64,000 nt of DNA, taken from an uncultured Atopobium sp. (GTDB lineage: Bacteria > Actinomycetota > Coriobacteriia > Coriobacteriales > Atopobiaceae). Where the stretch lies: positions 102,561 through 166,560 of the forward strand of contig CALCXO010000029.1 in NCBI GenBank assembly GCA_937905925.1, read 5' to 3'. The notes under the pieces were generated by a model, which made no database searches, was not told the origin of the DNA, and was given only the letters and a program-made list of their open reading frames with translations. A program made the translations under genes and the position numbers. This document shows positions 29,674 to 40,266 of the stretch, one piece after another (position 1 is the stretch's first letter; each line of letters starts with the position of its first letter).

Positions 29674-31314
29674 ATGAGTAAGTTTTTTAACATTATCCAC
29701 TACTGTATATCTACCATTCTGGATAAAGGCAGTCTTGCGATTTTTCTCTTTCTGTCATTCTTTGTCACAGCGCTTATGGTGATCCAACCTCTTCTTGTTG
29801 GATTTGTAATTAATCTTTTTATTTCAGGGACAATTTGGAGCGAGATACTTTTCTATTGCGCCGTGGTTGCCGCACTAGGAATCCTTATTGCCGGCTGTTC
29901 CTATCTTGCTAAAACACGCTATTGTCAGTTACAAATTGATTCTTCGTTTACTATTGAGCGACAGCTGATTGACAAGATTCAACATGCAGATTCATCATTT
30001 TTCTCGTCATATGATTCTGGACATTACCGCCAGACAGTAAATAACGATTCTAATGACGTTTCGATTTTTATACTTACACAATGTGTGAGCTTTGTAACAA
30101 CTATGGTCTCTGTCTTAGGCACACTGGCAATTATTTTATATTTGAACCCATTAACCGCCCTTGTAACGGTTGTTCTGTTGCTAGTGAGTTTTATTATCTA
30201 TAAGCAAATCCAAGCTTCGGCCTATAAAAGATACAAAGAATCTAAAGAACTGCGGTCCCAGTATGGATCTATTGAGCTCTCCCAATTCACAGACGTAGAT
30301 TTTATCAGGCGTCATTCTCTCTTTGAGCGTTTCTTTAATCAGCACTATGCCGTCAATCAAAAAGTTCGTAGTGCCATTCATGAGCAGTACAAACTGGAAT
30401 TTGGCGTACAGGAATTAAACAATGCTGTAATTGCTGTATTCCAAGCTATTGTCTTTATTACCTGTGCATATCAAATTTTTCTTGGAGCACTGCAGCCTGG
30501 CTATATTGCAACCATTTCAAGCTATTTTGTATCGCTTTTGGGCTCTATTACGCTTCTTATGGAATTTGGCATGGCTTATCAGAGCATTACGGTAAGTCTT
30601 AATCGAATTGAGCAGATTCTTGAGGTACCTCAAGAATCCGTTGGTAACATCATTCCATCAGAGAACGTCAATCAAATTACCTGCACAAATGTATCTTTCT
30701 CTTATCCGCATACAAATAAAGTACTGATGAACAACTTGTCTTGTAGTTTTGCAAAAGGAAATATATACGCCATTACCGGTGGAAACGGAACAGGCAAATC
30801 TACATTCCTGAAACTCATTAACGGAGAGTGGTCTTCTCACCTATCAGGCACTATTGCTATTAATGAGGATTTGCTCACTCAAATTAATCAGTATGAACTC
30901 CGAAAAAATACTCTTGGATTTACCGAACAAGAGCCAAGCATTGTTGACGATACAGTAAGAAATAATCTGACCTTACTCTGCAAAAACCAACCAACAGATG
31001 AAGAGATAATCAGCTATATCAAGCTGTTCAATTTGGAAAAATTGCTGCTTGGAGACGATCAAAATCTTGATGTCCGCCTTGTTGAACGAAGCTCTGCTAT
31101 CTCTGGTGGAGAAAAGCAAAAGATTGCAATTATCCGCATGATGCTTATGAATCCAAGTGTTATGTTGCTTGACGAGCCAACTTCTGCATTAGATCAAAAC
31201 AGTGTTGATGTTCTTCTTAATCTTCTCAAGAAGGTCAAGCAGGACCACATAATACTTCTCATATCTCATGACCCTAAAGTGGTGGAGGCAGCCGACCATA
31301 TCGTAGAGCTATAA
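29674..31314 (+). CDS. ABC transporter, fused permease/ATP-binding half-transporter (type I exporter)
   Basis: 546 aa with an N-terminal six-TM-type exporter domain, Walker A [9 protein letters not shown], signature [15 protein letters not shown] and Walker B [19 protein letters not shown] precedes the ATG. The gene is strongly AT-rich compared with its flanks. Confidence 0.88.
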   Translation: [546 protein letters not shown]

Positions 31315-31315
31315 C

Positions 31316-31810
31316 TTATTGCGCGCTACGTCCCAGCAGTACAACTGCCCAGGCAGCAATGCCTTCTTGAGTGCCCACAAAGCCAAGGCCTTCGGTGGTG
31401 GTTGCTTTTACACCAACTTTATCTGGCGAGACACCCATGACCTCAGCCATGCGGTTTCTCATAGCATCGCGATGAGGGAGCAACTTAGGCGCCTGAGCTG
31501 CAACGGTGCAATCACAATCCAGAAGCTCAAAGCCCTCATTACGAACAAGCTGCATAACATGGGACAGGAGCACCATAGAATCAGCACCCTCATAAGCAGG
31601 GTCTGTATCAGGGAAAAGCTGGCCGATGTCGCCGGCGCGCATAGCTCCTAGCAGGGCATCCATGAGTGCATGAGTCAAAACATCGGCATCGGAGTGGCCG
31701 AGAAGACCTTTGGTGTGCTCAATTTTGATGCCACCTAAGATAAGATCTCTACCCTCTACCAGGCGGTGAACATCGTATCCGTGGCCAATTTTAAGCTCTG
31801 GCATGCTCAC
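31316..31810 (-). CDS. ispF: 2-C-methyl-D-erythritol 2,4-cyclodiphosphate synthase
   Basis: IGHGYDVHRL...GHSDADVLTHALMDALLGA motif. Start is the GTG at 31810 or the ATG at 31804, overlapping the ispD stop. Confidence 0.93.
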   Translation of the reverse strand: MSMPELKIGHGYDVHRLVEGRDLILGGIKIEHTKGLLGHSDADVLTHALMDALLGAMRAGDIGQLFPDTDPAYEGADSMVLLSHVMQLVRNEGFELLDCDCTVAAQAPKLLPHRDAMRNRMAEVMGVSPDKVGVKATTTEGLGFVGTQEGIAAWAVVLLGRSAQ

Positions 31811-32610
31811 TCTACAGCCCCACTTCCGGTTGCGCCTTCTACCAGGCGACGGCTGAGCGTAGCCTCAACAATTGCAAGGTCAGACGGGTACGTAACCTTC
31901 ACGTTTTCTCGTTGCGACTCAACGCACAGCACGGTAAGACCAAGTCGCTCAACTAACGACGAGTCATCGGTTCCCTGGTAGCCTTCCTGGCGAGCTACTT
32001 CGTGGGCTTCAAGAAGTGTACGTGTCTTGAACACCTGAGGGGTTTGAGCAGCCCAGAACGTTGAGCGGTCAGGCGTATCTACAATGGTTGCACCATCTAC
32101 GCGCTTTAGCGTATCAGTTGCGCGGTGAGCCAAAATTGCTCCCGCAATCTTAGGCGACTTGCGAACTGTACCAATGACCTGCTCAATAGTCTCTACCTCA
32201 ATGAGCGGACGAACCGCATCATGAACAGAAACAAAATCATATCCAGCAGGCACTACCTGGAGCGCGTTGTAAACCGATTCCTGTCTAGTGGCACCAGACG
32301 TTGCAAAGTGAACAGGCTTGTGGAGTACAAGCTTGGCCACAACACCCTCTTGAACTGCAGCGCGTTTCTCGTCAGAGCAAGCAATCACAATATGAGCCAC
32401 GCTTGGTGCGTGATCAAACGCAAGGATTGACCAGCTCATCAGCGGAAGACCGCAGACAGAAATAAACTGCTTACCGTCAGGATACCCAAAGCGCTCGCCA
32501 ATGCCGCCAGCCACAATGACGGCCACGGTATCGGCTTTTGCTCCATGTGTTGTGAGGCGAGAAGGACGTGGCTTTAACACGACCTTTGCACAGGTGCTGC
32601 TTGCAGCCAT
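31807..32610 (-). CDS. ispD: 2-C-methyl-D-erythritol 4-phosphate cytidylyltransferase
   Basis: 267 aa with VAVIVAGGIGERFG... (IspD P-loop-like). TAATG overlap with disA. Adjacent to ispF. Confidence 0.9.
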   Translation of the reverse strand: MAASSTCAKVVLKPRPSRLTTHGAKADTVAVIVAGGIGERFGYPDGKQFISVCGLPLMSWSILAFDHAPSVAHIVIACSDEKRAAVQEGVVAKLVLHKPVHFATSGATRQESVYNALQVVPAGYDFVSVHDAVRPLIEVETIEQVIGTVRKSPKIAGAILAHRATDTLKRVDGATIVDTPDRSTFWAAQTPQVFKTRTLLEAHEVARQEGYQGTDDSSLVERLGLTVLCVESQRENVKVTYPSDLAIVEATLSRRLVEGATGSGAVE

Positions 32611-33689
32611 TATTCTGACTTACCCCACATTCTGCGGAGACTGTTAGCAAGTGCACCGGGGTTCTCGACACCCAGAGATTTGAGGCTGGACGTATCGTTT
32701 TCTGCAACGTGAAGCAGCTGCTGCAGGTTATCGTAAGCGTCAACAATTCTGGCCGCAATCTCATCGTTGACCACGTGAACGCGGGAAAGCGTGCGCAGGC
32801 CCAGAGGCTCCATGGACGCATCTTCTCCGCGGCCATCGGAGTAACCAAGAATCTGGCCAACACTTTCTGCGGAGCGTAGCTCAGTGTTTGCTGTCTCGTG
32901 GAAGCGGCGGCGAATGGCGCGCGCCTCTTCAGCGGAAGAATCTACGGCGTAGTCGCGAATCATCAGGTTATAGGCCTCGTCGATGCCGCCCAAATATTCC
33001 TCGCGCTGCATAGCGGTGGTTTTTCCCTCGCTACCTAGCTCCAAAAGACAAGAATCAAGCTGATCAGCGGCACTCAAAAGAACCTCAAAGAGGTAGAAAA
33101 TGCCTGCTACATCTCCCAGAGTAACGTAGTTATCAAGCTCAAGAGCGGTTAGGCGCAGAAGCGCGCGATCAAGCTGCTGGCGTGTATTTTGCATAGCAAC
33201 CGAAAGCTGGTTGACGGTAGACATAATGGCTGGTACTGACTTCAGCGGAATAACGTGACCATCAACGTAGACCGTAATCAGCGAGCGGCGAGAAGACACT
33301 GCAATCACAATAGACTTGGTGAGCAAGCTCATGCGAGCGGCAGTACGGTGGCGAGTGCCTGTCTCGGCAGTTGGAAGCGTTGCATCAGGATTAAGGTGGA
33401 AGTTAGCGCGAAGAATTCTGGTGAGGTCTTTGTCCACCACTACAGCGCCGTCCATCTTGCAAAGCTCAAACAATCGATTTGCTGTGAAAGAAACATCAAG
33501 TTTGAAACCATCTCCGCCCGCAGCAAGGACGTTTGATGTATCTCCCACACAAATGAGGGCGCCCAAACGGCCAGCGATAATCATGTCCAGTGCAACGCGG
33601 AGCGCTGTGCCAGGGGCAGTCATCTTCAGAGCGGTGGCAATACGGTCCTCGTTTTCTGTTGCGCTTGGATCAAGTTGCGTTGGCTCCAT
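32610..33689 (-). CDS. disA: DNA integrity scanning protein DisA (diadenylate cyclase)
   Basis: 359 aa. DAC-domain motifs (GALICVGD...DGAVVVD...GTRHRTAARMS) plus a C-terminal HhH region. Confidence 0.88.
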   Translation of the reverse strand: MEPTQLDPSATENEDRIATALKMTAPGTALRVALDMIIAGRLGALICVGDTSNVLAAGGDGFKLDVSFTANRLFELCKMDGAVVVDKDLTRILRANFHLNPDATLPTAETGTRHRTAARMSLLTKSIVIAVSSRRSLITVYVDGHVIPLKSVPAIMSTVNQLSVAMQNTRQQLDRALLRLTALELDNYVTLGDVAGIFYLFEVLLSAADQLDSCLLELGSEGKTTAMQREEYLGGIDEAYNLMIRDYAVDSSAEEARAIRRRFHETANTELRSAESVGQILGYSDGRGEDASMEPLGLRTLSRVHVVNDEIAARIVDAYDNLQQLLHVAENDTSSLKSLGVENPGALANSLRRMWGKSE

Positions 33690-33910
33690 GGCTCTCCCTC
33701 AATTACTTGCAGCTTACAGGCTGCGTTTTGCGTTCTGGTGCGTTTGCGGCTTCAGTTTGTTTCAACATTTCAAGTATACGGTTTTGTTGCCGGCGCGTGT
33801 AGTGACGGTTTGGAGAAGACGGGTTTCTCGACGGGTGGATGGGCGGCCTGCTCGACGGGTTTCTCGCCAAGAGCTTATGCCAAGAGAACTGTGCGTTTTA
33901 GCTGCGATAC

Positions 33911-33939
33911 AAAAAGACCCGAGGCAGAACCTCGGGTCG
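33911..33939 (-). terminator. Intrinsic terminator after clpC
   Basis: The minus strand reads GACCCGAGG-ttctg-CCTCGGGTC followed by TTTTTG. Confidence 0.75.
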
Positions 33940-33946
33940 GAGTGTC

Positions 33947-36577
33947 TTACTCGGCGGAGGACATCAGGTCGGACGAACCGCCTGCACTACCCTGTGGCAG
34001 CGAGGATGGTCCCATGCTGACGTCCATCTGGTCAAGCTGCGCCATTGTCTCTTTCTTGCGAGGCTCAGGGATGACGCCCGTGGTCTTGGTGAACACAAGC
34101 TTCTTACCCTCAGTGTCAACATCAACAGCAACAATGTCGCCTGCGTTCCACTGGCCAGAGAGAAGCTCCTCAGACAGTGGATCTTCAATCATCGACTGAA
34201 TGGTGCGGCGCAGCGGACGAGCACCGTAGACAGGGTCGGTTCCGTCTTTGGCAATCAGGTCCTTTGCGGCCTCGGTGAGCTCAATGGACATACCATTGGC
34301 AATCAGGCGATCGCGCAGCTCAAGAACCATGAGGTCAACAATGCCACGAAGCTGCTCGGTAGAGAGCGACTTGAAGACAACAATCTCGTCCACACGGTTC
34401 AAGAACTCTGGGCGGAATCCGCGCTTGAGCTCGGACATAACACGGCTGGTAATCTCTTTATCGGAAAGACCCTTAGAACCTTCTGACGAGAAGCCCATGG
34501 TATTGGTACGGGCAATCTCGCGAGCACCAATGTTGGATGTCATGATGACAACCGTATTGGAGAAGTCCACGTGACGACCTTGGCCATCAGTCAAGCGGCC
34601 CTCGTCCAGAATCTGCAGCAAGATGTTGAAGACGTCTGGATGTGCCTTCTCAATCTCATCAAAGAGCAGAACAGAGTACGGACGCCTGCGGACAGCCTTG
34701 GTGAGCTCGCCGCCCTCATCGTAGCCCACATATCCTGGAGGTGCGCCAACCAGCTTAGCTACGGTGTGTCGCTCCATGTACTCGGACATGTCGTATGAAA
34801 GCAGGGCGTCTTCGGAGCCAAACAGGAACTCTGCCAGGGCTTTTGCAAGCTCAGTCTTTCCTACGCCGGAAGGGCCTAGGAAGATGAAGGAGCCTCCAGG
34901 GCGTTTAGGGTCTTTGAGAGGACTACGGCTTCTGCGGATTGCCTTTGCAACCTTAACAACAGCCTCATCCTGACCAACAACGCGCTGGTGAAGGATGTCT
35001 TCTGTACGAAGCAGCCTTGAAGCCTCAGTCTCGGTGAGGTTAGAAACAGGAACGCCGGTGATGCCAGAGACAACCTTTGCAATATCGTCCTCGTCAACGG
35101 TGACAATATTCTTGTCCAGCTGCTCACGCCACTCAGTCTCCAGGCGATCCCTCTCTGCTACCAAGGATTTCTCCTGGTCACGCAGACGAGCTGCCTGCTC
35201 AAACTCCTGAGCGCTTGCTGCCTCAGACTTCTGGGTACGAACGCGGAGAAGATCTGCGTCTACCTGGGCAATCTCTGGTGGAAGGCTCATCTTGTGAATG
35301 CGTGCGCGGGCACCAGCCTCATCGAGGACGTCAATTGCCTTGTCTGGCAGGAAGCGGTCCTGGATGTAGCGACTAGAAAGCACAACAGCAGCCTTGATAG
35401 CAGCCTCGGTGTAGTGGACGTGGTGGTGCTTCTCGTAGCGGTCCTGAAGTCCGTGAATAATAGAAATGGTGTCGTCGTTGTTTGGCTCGCCGATGTTGAC
35501 AGGCTGGAAACGCCTCTCAAATGCAGCGTCCTTCTCGACATGTTTACGATACTCTTCTGCCGTAGTTGCACCAATGACCTGGATTTCTCCACGAGACAGC
35601 GGTGGCTTCAAGATGGACGCGGCGTCGATGGAGCCCTCTGCGGAGCCGGCGCCAATGACGGTGTGAATCTCGTCAATGAAGAGGATGTCATTCTTGGATT
35701 TCTCCAGCTCAGCAACAACCTTCTTCATGCGGTCCTCGAACTCACCGCGATACTTAGATCCTGCTACCAGACTTGCTAGGTCAAGCGTCCAAACCTGCTT
35801 TCCGCGCAGGATGTCAGGAACGTTGCCGGATGCAATAAGCTGAGCCAAGCCCTCAACAATGGCGGTCTTACCAACGCCGGGATCGCCCAGGATAAGTGGG
35901 TTGTTCTTCTGGCGGCGGGCAAGAACCTGCATGACACGCTCAATCTCGCGGTCACGGCCAATGACAGGGTCAAGCTTTTTATCTGCGGCAAGCTTAGTAA
36001 GGTTGCGGCCAAACTGCTCCAGCATGGAAGCGTCGTCATTTGCGTTAGGACGCATCTGACCAGCGCCAACAGGCATACCAAAGATGCCGCCCTCAATACG
36101 AGGCTCTGCCATACGAGGACCAGCAGGTGCATCTTCTGGAGTCTGGGCAACCAGCTCATCAACAGCGTTTCTTACGGCATCGCCCGAGACACCCATGGTA
36201 CGCAGGGCATCCATAGCACGACCATTACCCTCGGATACAATACCCAAGAGCAGGTGTTCTGTTGCAATATAGCTTTGACCGTGGGTCATGGTTTCTCTGT
36301 ACGCGTCCTCTAGCACGCGTTTTGCGCGAGGAGTAAACGGAATGTGGCCGCCAGGAATAGGATCTCCCGCGCCCGTGGTAAGCTCTTTTACAGTTGCCAG
36401 AGCCTCGTCATACGAGACCTCCAGCTTAGCCAAAGCCTGAGCAGCAATGCCCTCCCCCTCTTTGATGAGAGCAAGTAGCAGGTGCTCGGTACCGACATAC
36501 ATCTGGCCAAGACCGCGAGCCTCGTCCTGAGCCAAGCTCATGACTTTACGCGCTCTGTCAGTGAATTTATCAAACAT
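33947..36577 (-). CDS. clpC: ATP-dependent Clp protease ATP-binding subunit ClpC
   Basis: Clp_N repeats, two AAA+ modules (GDPGVGKT; GPSGVGKT) and a UVR-like linker. The start [12 protein letters not shown] is at 36577. The track ORF extends to 36763. Confidence 0.93.
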   Translation of the reverse strand: MFDKFTDRARKVMSLAQDEARGLGQMYVGTEHLLLALIKEGEGIAAQALAKLEVSYDEALATVKELTTGAGDPIPGGHIPFTPRAKRVLEDAYRETMTHGQSYIATEHLLLGIVSEGNGRAMDALRTMGVSGDAVRNAVDELVAQTPEDAPAGPRMAEPRIEGGIFGMPVGAGQMRPNANDDASMLEQFGRNLTKLAADKKLDPVIGRDREIERVMQVLARRQKNNPLILGDPGVGKTAIVEGLAQLIASGNVPDILRGKQVWTLDLASLVAGSKYRGEFEDRMKKVVAELEKSKNDILFIDEIHTVIGAGSAEGSIDAASILKPPLSRGEIQVIGATTAEEYRKHVEKDAAFERRFQPVNIGEPNNDDTISIIHGLQDRYEKHHHVHYTEAAIKAAVVLSSRYIQDRFLPDKAIDVLDEAGARARIHKMSLPPEIAQVDADLLRVRTQKSEAASAQEFEQAARLRDQEKSLVAERDRLETEWREQLDKNIVTVDEDDIAKVVSGITGVPVSNLTETEASRLLRTEDILHQRVVGQDEAVVKVAKAIRRSRSPLKDPKRPGGSFIFLGPSGVGKTELAKALAEFLFGSEDALLSYDMSEYMERHTVAKLVGAPPGYVGYDEGGELTKAVRRRPYSVLLFDEIEKAHPDVFNILLQILDEGRLTDGQGRHVDFSNTVVIMTSNIGAREIARTNTMGFSSEGSKGLSDKEITSRVMSELKRGFRPEFLNRVDEIVVFKSLSTEQLRGIVDLMVLELRDRLIANGMSIELTEAAKDLIAKDGTDPVYGARPLRRTIQSMIEDPLSEELLSGQWNAGDIVAVDVDTEGKKLVFTKTTGVIPEPRKKETMAQLDQMDVSMGPSSLPQGSAGGSSDLMSSAE

Positions 36578-36743
36578 GTGCTGAAACCTCTCAAAACTCT
36601 CTATATATTTCTGATTTATACCCATCAGAGGGCTCTGCAAACATACGACTCGCGTTGGATTTTTCTCCTCCGTACGAACCACACAAACGCCTCCTGGCGA
36701 GAAACCCGCATCGTCGTAAACTCCGCGGCACACTGCCGCACAC

Positions 36744-36779
36744 AAAAAGCCCGGTACCTGCAACGAGCGGATACCGGGC
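36744..36779 (-). terminator. Intrinsic terminator after lysS
   Basis: The minus strand reads GCCCGGTA-tccgctcgttgcagg-TACCGGGC followed by TTTTTG. The stem sequence resembles the rplA terminator. Confidence 0.65.
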
Positions 36780-36823
36780 CGATGTGTTTATGTACTGCGT
36801 GGGGCAGCTAAGCTTCCAAGCTC

Positions 36824-38404
36824 TTAGCGCTTCTCGGGCTTGAGCTGTGGGAAGAGAAGGACGTCGCGGATAGAAGGCTGATCGCAGAAGAGCATCATCA
36901 TGCGGTCGATGCCGTAGCCGATACCGCCCGCTGGTGGCATACCGTACTCAAGTGCGCGGATGAAGTCGTAATCGTATTCCATGGCCTCCTCGTCACCCTG
37001 ACGCTTAGCCTCCATCTGGGCAGCAAAGCGCTCCTCCTGATCAACGGGATCGTTGAGCTCGGAGTATGCGTTTGCGTACTCTGCGCCGCAGATAATGAGC
37101 TCAAAGCGGTCGGTCAGACGAGGATCGTCTGCCTTGCGCTTGGTGAGCGGAGAAACCTCTGCAGGATAATCGCAGACAAAGGTTGGGTTTACGATGCTCT
37201 TCTCGCCAAGCTCGTCGTAGATCTCAAACAACAGCTTGCCGGCCTGCCACTCTGGGTTCCACTCAATCTCATAGCGGTCCAAGACTGCGCGGAGCTTCTC
37301 GACAGGGGTATCAATGGAGAGCTCCTCGCCAGTGACCTCGGACGCAATCTCTGCCAGGGACGCGACGCGCCAGTTGCCGGAGAGGTCAACCTCGGTGCCC
37401 TGATAAGTGATGACCTCGTGGCCCTCCTCGCAGCCGCAAGCCTTGCGGGCAATCTCCTGGAAGAGATTCTGAGACAGCTCGCGCATGCCAGCCAGGTCAG
37501 AGTAGGCGGCGTATGCCTCCATAGAAGTGAACTCTGGGTTGTGTGTGAGGTCGGTGCCCTCATTTCTGAACTGACGACCAAGCTCGTAGACGCGCTCAAG
37601 ACCGCCAACAAGCAGGCGCTTCAGTGGAAGTTCGGTTGCAATGCGCAGGTAGTTCTCGGTGTTCAAAGCGTTGTAGTGCGTAATGAACGGCTTTGCGTTT
37701 GCGCCGCCAAGAATCTCCTGGAGAACAGGGGTCTCAACCTCCATGTAGCCGTCCGCCTCCATGAACTGGCGGATGATGGAGATGATCTGCGAGCGCTTGC
37801 GGAATACGTCGCGGACCTCGGGGTTCATGATGAGGTCAACGTAGCGCTGGCGATAACGAACCTCGCGGTCGGTGAGGCCGTGGAACTTCTCTGGCAGAGG
37901 ACGCAGCGACTTGGAGAGGACCTCCAGCGAAGTCACTGCCAGGGAAAGCTGGCCGCGGCGCGTACGCATGATAGCGCCGGTTGCGCCGATGATGTCGCCA
38001 AGGTCGAGAAGACCCAGGAGCTCCCAGTTCTTCTCGTCAAGGTTGTTGATGCGGCAGAAGAGCTGAATCTGGCCGGTATAGTCCTCTACCACGACAAACG
38101 CAATCTTGCCCTGGTTGCGGATGGCGCGGACGCGGCCGGCGACGGAATAGACTTCCTCGCCAGTCTGGCCGTCCTCGAGGTCAGCGTAGCGCTCCTCCAG
38201 CTCAGCGACGTGAGCGGTGACGGTGGACTTGATTGGGTATGGGTCAACGCCGGCGTCAAGTAGTGCCTGACGACGGGCTTTGCGCTGGGCGCGCTCGTCG
38301 TTGATGGAAGCCTCTGGGGTGACCTCGGTTGCGTCGACGTTCTCGGCGGCAGTTGCGTCAGCGGCGGCCGAGCTACCAGCGATGTTGTTCTCTACTTCGG
38401 ACAT
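36824..38404 (-). CDS. lysS: Lysyl-tRNA synthetase (class II)
   Basis: OB-fold plus class II core (...FRNEGTDLTHNPEFTSMEAY...GGIGYGIDRMMM). The ATG at 38404 (MSEVENN...) lies 4 nt after GGAGGA. Confidence 0.93.
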   Translation of the reverse strand: MSEVENNIAGSSAAADATAAENVDATEVTPEASINDERAQRKARRQALLDAGVDPYPIKSTVTAHVAELEERYADLEDGQTGEEVYSVAGRVRAIRNQGKIAFVVVEDYTGQIQLFCRINNLDEKNWELLGLLDLGDIIGATGAIMRTRRGQLSLAVTSLEVLSKSLRPLPEKFHGLTDREVRYRQRYVDLIMNPEVRDVFRKRSQIISIIRQFMEADGYMEVETPVLQEILGGANAKPFITHYNALNTENYLRIATELPLKRLLVGGLERVYELGRQFRNEGTDLTHNPEFTSMEAYAAYSDLAGMRELSQNLFQEIARKACGCEEGHEVITYQGTEVDLSGNWRVASLAEIASEVTGEELSIDTPVEKLRAVLDRYEIEWNPEWQAGKLLFEIYDELGEKSIVNPTFVCDYPAEVSPLTKRKADDPRLTDRFELIICGAEYANAYSELNDPVDQEERFAAQMEAKRQGDEEAMEYDYDFIRALEYGMPPAGGIGYGIDRMMMLFCDQPSIRDVLLFPQLKPEKR

Positions 38405-38416
38405 GTATCCTCCACG

Positions 38417-38449
38417 TAAAAACGCCCCGCGCCAGACGGACACGGGGCG
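38417..38449 (-). terminator. Intrinsic terminator after greA, abutting the lysS SD
   Basis: The minus strand reads CGCCCCG-tgtccgtctggcg-CGGGGCG followed by TTTTTAC, then GTGGAGGATAC ATG (lysS). Confidence 0.65.
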
Positions 38450-38470
38450 ACCAAAATCTTTTGTGCCAGT

Positions 38471-38950
38471 CTAGCGAGTAATAGAGGTAATGGTGTACTT
38501 CTTCACCTTGCCGTTTGGCGTGGTGAACTCAACCTCGTCGCCCTTCTTATGACCAATAAGAGCCTCGCCAGCTGGGGACTCGTTAGAGATCTTGTGCTCA
38601 AGGGAGTTAGTCTCAGTAGTACCAACAATTACATATTTAGTTGTCTTGCCTTTTGCATCAGCAAGCTCGACGGTTGTGCCGATTGCAACGGTGACATTGC
38701 GCTTGCTACCACCCTCGACAACCTTTGCGACAGAGAGAATCTGGCGAATCTCGTTGATGCGGGACTCGTTGTGAGACTGCTCTTCTTTTGCAGCGTCATA
38801 CTCGGAGTTCTCAGAAAGGTCACCAAAACCACGAGCCTCTTTGATGCGCTCAACAATCTCGTCGTGTTTCTCGCCCTCACGATAAGCCAGCTCATCGACA
38901 AGCTTCTGACGGCCTTCTGGGGTAAGTACAATCTCTTTAGTAGTGTCCAT
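38471..38950 (-). CDS. greA: Transcription elongation factor GreA
   Basis: 159 aa. The N-terminal coiled coil carries the acidic tip (...GDLSENSEYDAAKEEQ...), followed by a C-terminal FKBP-like domain. Confidence 0.93.
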   Translation of the reverse strand: MDTTKEIVLTPEGRQKLVDELAYREGEKHDEIVERIKEARGFGDLSENSEYDAAKEEQSHNESRINEIRQILSVAKVVEGGSKRNVTVAIGTTVELADAKGKTTKYVIVGTTETNSLEHKISNESPAGEALIGHKKGDEVEFTTPNGKVKKYTITSITR

Positions 38951-39000
38951 CGTGTTCTTTCTGTTGATGGGTCAAGTAGGTCTATACGTGTGAGATGGGG

Positions 39001-39210
39001 TTACTCAGCCTTTTTGGACTCTTCGTCCTCAATGACCTCAGCCTCTGGCTCCTTGGCTTCTTCCTTGGTCTCAGACTCCATGCCCTCACGAACGCTCTTG
39101 ACGGTCTCGCCGACAGCCTTACCGAGCTTTGGAAGGTTCTTAGGTCCAAAGATGACCATAACAACGACAACAATAATCAGAAGCTCAGGAATACCAAGTC
39201 CTAAAATCAT
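39001..39210 (-). CDS. tatA: Twin-arginine translocase subunit TatA/E
   Basis: MILGLGIPELLIIVVVVMVIFGPKNLPKLGKAVG... followed by an acidic tail. The ATG at 39210 follows GGGGG. The track ORF starts at 39297. Confidence 0.85.
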   Translation of the reverse strand: MILGLGIPELLIIVVVVMVIFGPKNLPKLGKAVGETVKSVREGMESETKEEAKEPEAEVIEDEESKKAE

Positions 39211-39306
39211 ATAAACCCCCAGAAAATCTTTTCCTGTAAAAGCGTTCAGAAAAAACGCCGTATCGGCTAGTATAACCGAGGGAAACCTTACTAACAAGGA
39301 ATTAAC

Positions 39307-40137
39307 ATGGTCTTACATGATTTTTGGACATTTTTTATCTGGTCGACCGTAGCGGGGCTTGCCGTTATTGGCCTTTACCAGCTATTTCTGTTAATTCTGC
39401 GCGCTCGAGGCGTTTTTGTGACGCGTACCAAATTTGGCCTCACGATGATCTTTGACTCCGAGGACGCCGACGGTACGCCCATTAGGCTGCTCAACGTTAA
39501 TGGCACCTTCCAGTCCGTGAGCTACATTGCACCTGAGCTGCGTTTTGAGCTCTGCGTCCACTATCACCGCATGATGGCAAAGGTTATCCAGCAGGTGTCT
39601 GCTCGGGGTCACGTTGTAGTCATGGGCGGCGGAGGTTTCTCGCTGCCAAAACACCTGGCTACGCACATGAGCGGCGGCGTTATTGACGCGATTGAGATTG
39701 ATCCGAAGATAGTCTCGCTTGCACGCGAGCATTTCTTTCTGGACGAGGCTCTAGCTGCGGCTTCAAGTGAGCTGCGAGTCATCGAAGATGATGCGTGGAA
39801 GGTGTTGCAAGACGCAGAAGCCGGCAGCGTTGACGTGCTGGTAAACGAAGTGTTTGCTGGTCGGAAGTCGCTTGGACCCCTGGGAACTCCAGCTGGCGCA
39901 CAAGTGGTTAAAGAAAAACTTGCAGCTGACGGGGTATATCTGGCCGATGTTCGCTGTCCGCTCGAAGGCCGTGGATCTACGCTACTTCCCCAGGTTACGG
40001 ACGTCTTTGCACACGAGTTTGCACACGTTGCGTACGTGCCCGAGTGGCCCGATACTCCTAAAACACCAGGTAACAACCTCTTAATTGCAACTGATGCGGA
40101 TATTGCGCTTCCTGAAGGTGCTGTTGTGGTGAAATAA
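39307..40137 (+). CDS. Spermidine-synthase-like class I SAM-dependent methyltransferase-fold protein with an N-terminal TM helix
   Basis: VVMGGGGFSLPKHLA...IDAIEIDPKIVSLAREHF...LRVIEDDAWKVL...DVLVNEVF fits the SpeE-like fold pattern. Confidence 0.55.
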   Translation: MVLHDFWTFFIWSTVAGLAVIGLYQLFLLILRARGVFVTRTKFGLTMIFDSEDADGTPIRLLNVNGTFQSVSYIAPELRFELCVHYHRMMAKVIQQVSARGHVVVMGGGGFSLPKHLATHMSGGVIDAIEIDPKIVSLAREHFFLDEALAAASSELRVIEDDAWKVLQDAEAGSVDVLVNEVFAGRKSLGPLGTPAGAQVVKEKLAADGVYLADVRCPLEGRGSTLLPQVTDVFAHEFAHVAYVPEWPDTPKTPGNNLLIATDADIALPEGAVVVK

Positions 40138-40266
40138 CGTCGCTTTGAGGGCTGACCGCTATCCAATTGACCGAGCAACATCCAATCACCCGAGAAAATT
40201 GCATATTCCACCTTGTTTATGCGGAGTTTTGTATCAAAAATTTGAGCCACCAAAATTTGACCCCTC

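Noticed and set aside
33675-34199. Plus-strand ORFs in the disA-clpC spacer (33316-34020 and 33675-34199)
   Set aside because: They overlap the disA 5' end and the clpC 3' end in antisense. The spacer itself is explained by two GGGTTTCTCG motif copies and the clpC terminator.
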